The notes beneath the pieces were generated by a model. The model was not told the DNA's origin and ran no database searches. It worked only from the letters and a program-made list of their open reading frames with translations. Source: Bryobacteraceae bacterium (GTDB lineage Bacteria > Acidobacteriota > Terriglobia > Bryobacterales > Bryobacteraceae). Taken from it: a DNA stretch of 64,000 nucleotides. The DNA lies in the NCBI GenBank assembly GCA_045807925.1, contig JBJMGK010000213.1:64252-128251 (forward strand). Direction: 5' to 3'. Numbering within the stretch: position 1 is the stretch's first letter; each line of letters begins with the position of its first letter. This document shows positions 59,176-64,000 of the stretch, in pieces. The translations under genes and the position numbers were made by a program.

Positions 59176-60477
59176 GTGTTTGTGTCCATTCACCTTCCGG
59201 ACGGTCATTCTGCCGGCGAGGAACTGTTAAATCTTGGGCTGCAATTTGCTCCCGAAGTAGAACAAACTTCGACAGACACGATTGTTTTCTCCATTGCGCC
59301 GCTGCGAAGACTCCTGGGATCGCCGTACCAGATTGCTTCCGAAATATGCCGCTACGGAAATGAAAGAAAGCTCCAGGCCAATCTCGCCATTGCGGCCAAT
59401 CCGGATACAGCCATTTTGTTGTCGCGCAATTTATCCGGTGTCACGCTCGTAACGCCGGGCGACGAAAAAAGCAAATTGGCCCCTCTTCCCGTTTCTGCTT
59501 TGTTTGACCACAATACTGCTTCCGATCCTCGTTTATTGGAGACTCTGGGACGTTGGGGAATCAAAACTTGCGGGGAACTTGCCGAACTGCCCGAAACAGG
59601 TATGGCTGAGCGAATGGGAAACGCCGGCGTTTACCTGCGAAGCTTGGCGGCAGGCAAAGTCCGCCGTCCATTACGGCTCTCTTCTTCCCCTACGAGCTAC
59701 GAAGGAGGGATGGAGTTAGAGAACAGCGTCAGCCTTTTAGAACCGTTGTTGTTTCTCCTGGGGCGTGTTTTAGGCGATTTGTGCGACCGGTTGCGGGAAC
59801 AGTCCATGGCCGCGCGGTTGCTATACGCAAAGTTTCGGCTCGAAGAGCAAAAAGAATATAACTGCGAATTGGAATTTCCCGTTCCTCTCGCCGAACATCA
59901 GACTTTATTAAAACTTCTGCAGTTGCATCTCGAGCGTCATCCCCCACCAGCGCCGATTATCGGATTTATCTTAAAACTTGAACCTGTAGCACCCAGGCGT
60001 TTACAAGGAGGCATTTTTCTTCCGCCCACGCCTGCGCCCGATAAGCTGCAAATTACGCTGGCCCGCATCGGCGGCATGGTCGGCAAAGAGAATGTAGGCT
60101 CTCCAGTTCTCTTAAACACGCATAGACCAGATGCATTTCAACTGAGGACACCCGCATTCAGTAACGAACTTACGCAATCTCCTCGCGCTCAAGAAGTAAC
60201 TGAAGGACAGACTCTGCGCTTGGCGATCCGGCTATTTCGCCCTGCACTGAGCGCAAAAGTGAAATTGAACGATGCCGCTCCTCAAAAGCTGATGGCGAAT
60301 GGCATTAAGGGTATTGTTCTTCGTTTTGCGGGTCCATGGAAGACCTCAGGGGAATGGTGGGCGTCTACGGCCTGGTCGCGAGAAGAATGGGATGTGGCTC
60401 TTGATGACGGTGCACTCTATCGCATTTATCAGGAAACGCAAACCCGTTCGTGGTTCGTGGAAGGCGTTTACGATTAA
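59176..60477 (+). CDS. imuB: ImuB-like Y-family polymerase homologue (lacks the canonical catalytic acidic motifs)
   Basis: The N-terminus FVSIHLPD replaces the DMDAFF motif seen in dinB in this same window. Y-family-like length and pattern. GTG start with GGAG 8 nt upstream. Confidence 0.8.
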   Translation: MFVSIHLPDGHSAGEELLNLGLQFAPEVEQTSTDTIVFSIAPLRRLLGSPYQIASEICRYGNERKLQANLAIAANPDTAILLSRNLSGVTLVTPGDEKSKLAPLPVSALFDHNTASDPRLLETLGRWGIKTCGELAELPETGMAERMGNAGVYLRSLAAGKVRRPLRLSSSPTSYEGGMELENSVSLLEPLLFLLGRVLGDLCDRLREQSMAARLLYAKFRLEEQKEYNCELEFPVPLAEHQTLLKLLQLHLERHPPPAPIIGFILKLEPVAPRRLQGGIFLPPTPAPDKLQITLARIGGMVGKENVGSPVLLNTHRPDAFQLRTPAFSNELTQSPRAQEVTEGQTLRLAIRLFRPALSAKVKLNDAAPQKLMANGIKGIVLRFAGPWKTSGEWWASTAWSREEWDVALDDGALYRIYQETQTRSWFVEGVYD

Positions 60478-60554
60478 CGTCCGCTTCTCCGAAAAAGGTG
60501 ACTCAGCCCCTCTACTTTCTTCGTCCTTGTGTCGATATAAAGACAGATCCGCAC

Positions 60555-61520
60555 ATGGCAACCGACTTTCTCCGACTCGAAACAGCATGCGAGAACTTCC
60601 CCGAGCGGCGGCAGCAGCAATTCTCATTATTTTCCAGCGAAGACTTTCGCGCACACTTTCAGGAAATACGCCAAGCTGACCCTGCAAAGGCCATCCGCGC
60701 CTGCATCCTTTACCTCAGCGACAAGGGAGCTGATGACCTTGGCACACAGATGATTTCGTCGCTTGCCGCAGGCGATGACTACCTTTCGGCAGTACTCGAT
60801 CCCGAGCTTCTGTCGCTCGAATCGGCTAAACGCGTTTGCATTCTTTTCCGCAGAACGGATCCATATTTTTTCTCTCATCTGTCCCGGCTCGCCTTTGAGA
60901 CACAAACGCCACAGCCTCCAGCCTTCACGACCCGCGCATTGGCCATCCTGGATGAGCTAAGTAAAGACGACCCGATCGTTCCCTGGCTACGGCAGTTGAC
61001 AACGCATCCGGATGAGCGCGTCCGTTCAAAGGCCGTGAAAGTCTTATGCCGGCTCCGTCCAAGCAAATCGACGATCGACTTGCATCTACAATCTGCAGAC
61101 GCTCGTGTCCGGGCGAATGCAATCGAGGCACTCTGGCATACTCCTGGTAGCCACGCTGCCTCCATCTTCCACTCGGTATTGAACGATCCCCACCATCGTG
61201 TAGTTGCGAACGCTCTCGTAGGTCTCTATTACCGCAAGGATCGTAATGCCCTACAGATGATGATCAAGTTGACAGAGCATTCCTCGGCCATGTTCCGCGT
61301 CGCCATGGTTTGGGCTCTCGGAACTGTGGCGGACCGCCGAGCTGTTCCAACCCTCCAGAAGCTTCTGCACGATCCTTCTGATTCGGTCAAAGAGAAAGCT
61401 CAACGCATCCTGGCAACCTTCGGCCCCGAGCCAGGCGGCAGCGCACAACAAGACCCGACCGTTTCCCAGCCGTCTATATTGAACTGCTGCCCCGAAGCGC
61501 CGTACCAACAGGTCGCTTAG
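60555..61520 (+). CDS. HEAT-repeat protein
   Basis: Repeats such as HPDERVRSKAVKVL, ADARVRANAIEAL, DPHHRVVANALVGL, FRVAMVWALG and DPSDSVKEKAQRIL. The ATG at 60555 was chosen; the ORF opens inside imuB. Confidence 0.75.
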   Translation: MATDFLRLETACENFPERRQQQFSLFSSEDFRAHFQEIRQADPAKAIRACILYLSDKGADDLGTQMISSLAAGDDYLSAVLDPELLSLESAKRVCILFRRTDPYFFSHLSRLAFETQTPQPPAFTTRALAILDELSKDDPIVPWLRQLTTHPDERVRSKAVKVLCRLRPSKSTIDLHLQSADARVRANAIEALWHTPGSHAASIFHSVLNDPHHRVVANALVGLYYRKDRNALQMMIKLTEHSSAMFRVAMVWALGTVADRRAVPTLQKLLHDPSDSVKEKAQRILATFGPEPGGSAQQDPTVSQPSILNCCPEAPYQQVA

Positions 61521-61632
61521 TGAGATATATTATATTACGTTCGAAATTCGTTAAGAAATTTTCAGGTTATATGTATCGTAAATCTACCCGATCCATCTAT
61601 GCTATGGACAGCGTGAAAGGATTCTCCGATCT

Positions 61633-62001
61633 ATGGCGACATTAAAAATCCGTGATTGGGCGGATGAATTTCGCATCGAGATCATTGGCCGATTCGCTGG
61701 TAGTTCTACAACGGAAGCTGCCAATGAATGGCAACGAGCCCTAAGCAAAGTATCATTACGGCGCGTCGTGGTGGATATCACTCGTTTGAGCGGATATGAC
61801 ACTGCCGGGCGTCAACTTCTTGCGCACATGCACAATCACGGCACGACGATTGCTGCTGGAACTCCCCTGTCACTGGTTTTCCTTCACGAGATAACCGATT
61901 CCCCCAAGTTGGATCCGGGGCTGGTTCTCGAGCCCGGCACGAGTAAAAAGTCTACCGATTCAGCACCCCAGCGCTTGAGAGCGCAAGCAGCCGGCGAATA
62001 A
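61633..62001 (+). CDS. hypothetical protein, STAS-like (anti-sigma antagonist fold?)
   Basis: 122-aa ORF. The pattern (...IEIIGRF......E........S...VVVD...L...D..G..LL) is reminiscent of STAS domains. AT-rich promoter-like region upstream. Confidence 0.45.
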   Translation: MATLKIRDWADEFRIEIIGRFAGSSTTEAANEWQRALSKVSLRRVVVDITRLSGYDTAGRQLLAHMHNHGTTIAAGTPLSLVFLHEITDSPKLDPGLVLEPGTSKKSTDSAPQRLRAQAAGE

Positions 62002-62059
62002 CAAACTACTTAAATCCGGGAACTCCGATCTTCTCTGCCACATCCCACGCTGCAGAGCA

Positions 62060-63262
62060 ATGGAGTTCCCTATTTTCTTATCCAGTGACACGAGCTTCAA
62101 AGTTTCGCGTCGACGCGCTGTTTTCTCTGCCCTGACGCTCTTCCCGGCCATTCGGAGCTTATGCGCTCAGGAGCAGGCCGCGCAGACCAAGCCGGACTTT
62201 TCAGCAGACGTCAAAGTGGTGAATGTATTCGTCACCGTACGCGACAAAGAGGGCAAGATTGTTCAGGGTCTGACAAAAGGTGACTTCACGCTGCTCGAAG
62301 ACGGCCGGCCGCAAACCATCCAATATTTCTCCCGACAAAGTGACCTTCCATTGACGCTCGGGTTGTTAGTCGATACCAGCAGAAGTGAACAACGAATGCT
62401 AGGGAGCGAGAAAGAAGCAAGTCGAACTTTTCTCGAAAAAGTCTTACGTGAGGATCGGGACAAGGCCTTTCTCATCCACTTCGATCGTGAAATCGAGCTC
62501 ATGCAGGATCTGACGACCTCTCGCGGCAAACTCGAACGAGCGCTCGACCTGTTGGACGTCGCTGCCAACGATCCACGGGGACAAAGTGGGAATGGAGGCG
62601 GACAGCGTGGCGGCGGCGTTTGGGGAGGCGGCGGCGGTTGGGGAGGCGGCGGCGGCTGGGGCGGCCACGGGGGAGGCGGTCAACCTCCGGGTGGAGGCCG
62701 GCATCGGTTCGGCGGAGGCACAGCTTTCTACGATGCGGTTTACCTCGCTGCAAACGATGTCTTGAAAACCCAAACGGGCCGGAAAGCAGTCATCATGTTG
62801 ACGGATGGGGAAGACAACGCGAGCAAGATTTCTCTCCCGGAAGCCATCAGCACGGCCCAGCGTTCCGACACTCTTGCTTACTCCATTCGAATCGCTGACG
62901 AGCGAAGTACTGGCTTCTCCCCAGGCGGATTCGGCGGTTTTCCAGGCGGCCACGGCGGCATGGGCGGAGGCCGAGGCGCGGGCGGAGGCCGAGGGCCCGC
63001 TGCCGAACACGTCGACGGGAAAAAGGTACTCCAGGAAATTTCGGACAAAACCGGCGGTTCCTATCACGAGTATTCGAAAAAGAAGCCGCTTGACGAGATT
63101 TATGCCGAAATCGAAGAAGAACTGAGGAACCAGTACAGTCTCGGGTACTCTTCCGACCGACCCCAAACAGAAGCCGGATTCCGGAAAATAACGGTAAGGT
63201 TGCGCGACAAGAAATATCAGGTGCGAGCTCGCGAAGGCTATTACGCGGGAAACACGACCTGA
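62060..63262 (+). CDS. VWA domain-containing protein (acidobacterial TIGR03436-like) with Gly/Trp-rich insertions
   Basis: MIDAS elements are present: LVDTSRS (DxSxS), GGTAFYDAV and LTDGEDN. Typical C-terminal ...QYSLGY...FRKITVR...Y.VRAREGY. Confidence 0.85.
   Translation: MEFPIFLSSDTSFKVSRRRAVFSALTLFPAIRSLCAQEQAAQTKPDFSADVKVVNVFVTVRDKEGKIVQGLTKGDFTLLEDGRPQTIQYFSRQSDLPLTLGLLVDTSRSEQRMLGSEKEASRTFLEKVLREDRDKAFLIHFDREIELMQDLTTSRGKLERALDLLDVAANDPRGQSGNGGGQRGGGVWGGGGGWGGGGGWGGHGGGGQPPGGGRHRFGGGTAFYDAVYLAANDVLKTQTGRKAVIMLTDGEDNASKISLPEAISTAQRSDTLAYSIRIADERSTGFSPGGFGGFPGGHGGMGGGRGAGGGRGPAAEHVDGKKVLQEISDKTGGSYHEYSKKKPLDEIYAEIEEELRNQYSLGYSSDRPQTEAGFRKITVRLRDKKYQVRAREGYYAGNTT
62620..62655 (+). repeat. 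18-bp in-frame tandem repeat (two full copies plus a degenerate third) encoding WGGGGG
   Basis: TGGGGAGGCGGCGGCGGT followed by TGGGGAGGCGGCGGCGGC, then TGGGGCGGCCACGGGGGAGGCGGT. Confidence 0.85.
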
Positions 63263-63300
63263 GCTCGGCAGATGGGAATCGAGAATCGTAGCCTGTAGAT

Positions 63301-64000
63301 GTGTCCGTCGATCGTACCCATCTCAGCTCTTTGGTGGACGACTACGACCGTCTCGGTAAGGGGACCGCGGTCATTACCATTCGGGGCTTACGAGAGCTTC
63401 GCACCTCGTATTCCGAGTTAGCCACGCTCGCACGCCGCTTCGCCCGGCATCTTGAGTCTGCGGGAGTGCACGGCGGAGACCGTGTCATCATTTGGGGCGA
63501 AAACAGCGCTGAGTGGATCGCCGCATTTTTCGGCTGTGTACTGCGTGCAGTGTTACCCGTCCCGCTGGATGCCGCCAGCCCTATCCCATTCGTCCGTCGC
63601 GTGATGGACGAGGTCTCACCGAAGCTGATCGCCGCCGATCGAGAGAAGCTGAACCGGTTGAGCGCCGCTGTTCCAGCCCTGCAGCTCGAAGACTTGCCCG
63701 AGCATCTTCCCCTCGAAACTCAGCTTGGCCCAATGGATCGTAGCCAGGCAGATCCTTTGCAGATCGTATTCACTTCGGGGACGACGGGCGATCCGAAGGG
63801 GATCGTTCATACCCATCGCAACGTTCTCGCGAGCTTGCGTCCGATTGAACAAGAGATGGGCAAATACCTCAAATACGAGCGGTTTTTCCATCCGATTCGC
63901 ATTCTGCACACGCTTCCCCTCAGCCACGTGTTCGGTCAGTTCATGGGGCTCTGGATTCCTCCACTACTCGGAGCCGAAGTCCATTTCGAACATCGACTCG
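63301..64000 (+). CDS. AMP-dependent synthetase/ligase (acyl-CoA synthetase-like), 3'-truncated by the window edge
   Basis: The frame is open from the TAG at 63289 to the window end, with a GTG at 63301. AMP-binding core motif IVFTSGTTGDPKGIVHTH. Confidence 0.85.
   Translation, partial: MSVDRTHLSSLVDDYDRLGKGTAVITIRGLRELRTSYSELATLARRFARHLESAGVHGGDRVIIWGENSAEWIAAFFGCVLRAVLPVPLDAASPIPFVRRVMDEVSPKLIAADREKLNRLSAAVPALQLEDLPEHLPLETQLGPMDRSQADPLQIVFTSGTTGDPKGIVHTHRNVLASLRPIEQEMGKYLKYERFFHPIRILHTLPLSHVFGQFMGLWIPPLLGAEVHFEHRL

Noticed and set aside
62444-63166. 240-aa minus-strand ORF
   Set aside because: It is antisense to the VWA gene. The Ala/Pro-rich stretch is the complement of the Gly-rich repeats.
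63513-63927. ORFs 63513..63743 (+) and 63616..63927 (-)
   Set aside because: Both overlap the AMP-binding enzyme frame, which contains the TSGTTGDPKG core motif. They are alternative-frame artefacts.

Overview
The window is a mostly housekeeping chromosomal segment of about 57% GC. It holds roughly 60 protein genes, one tRNA, no rRNA, no CRISPR array and no intact mobile element. The gene content suggests an Acidobacteriota-like Gram-negative; this lineage call is inference only, based on a TIGR03436-style VWA protein, CadC-like wHTH+TPR regulators, PEP-CTERM-type eps export genes and many exported hypotheticals.

Recognisable blocks:
- prfA-prmC-dinB
- yebC-ruvC-(hypothetical)-deoB-tpiA
- tRNA-Ser(GCU) and hom
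- pyrR-pyrB-pyrC
- uvrA / mutY
- a Wza / chain-length determinant / BY-kinase polysaccharide export trio next to a GH127 gene
- maf, an APC permease, accD and an ABC-F ATPase
- an ECF sigma / anti-sigma / Spy-like module
- M1 peptidase, a lone prepilin-type gene, kdsA-pyrG-kdsB, htpG
- a formylglycine-generating enzyme plus two Cys-type sulfatases, interspersed with envelope proteins
- an imuA-imuB translesion cassette without dnaE2
- HEAT, STAS-like and VWA proteins

I found no clear-cut novel multi-gene system. The observations most worth follow-up are:
- a compensated double frameshift in the APC permease
- a multiply disrupted outer-membrane gene, with an orphan intrinsic terminator, in the sulfatase locus
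- an AT-rich repeat-bearing spacer abutting the tRNA-Ser 3' end
- GTTC-N6-(G/A)AAC palindromes upstream of two SOS-type operons
- Gly/Trp-rich tandem-repeat insertions in the VWA protein
- a small islet with a recombinase-like HTH remnant
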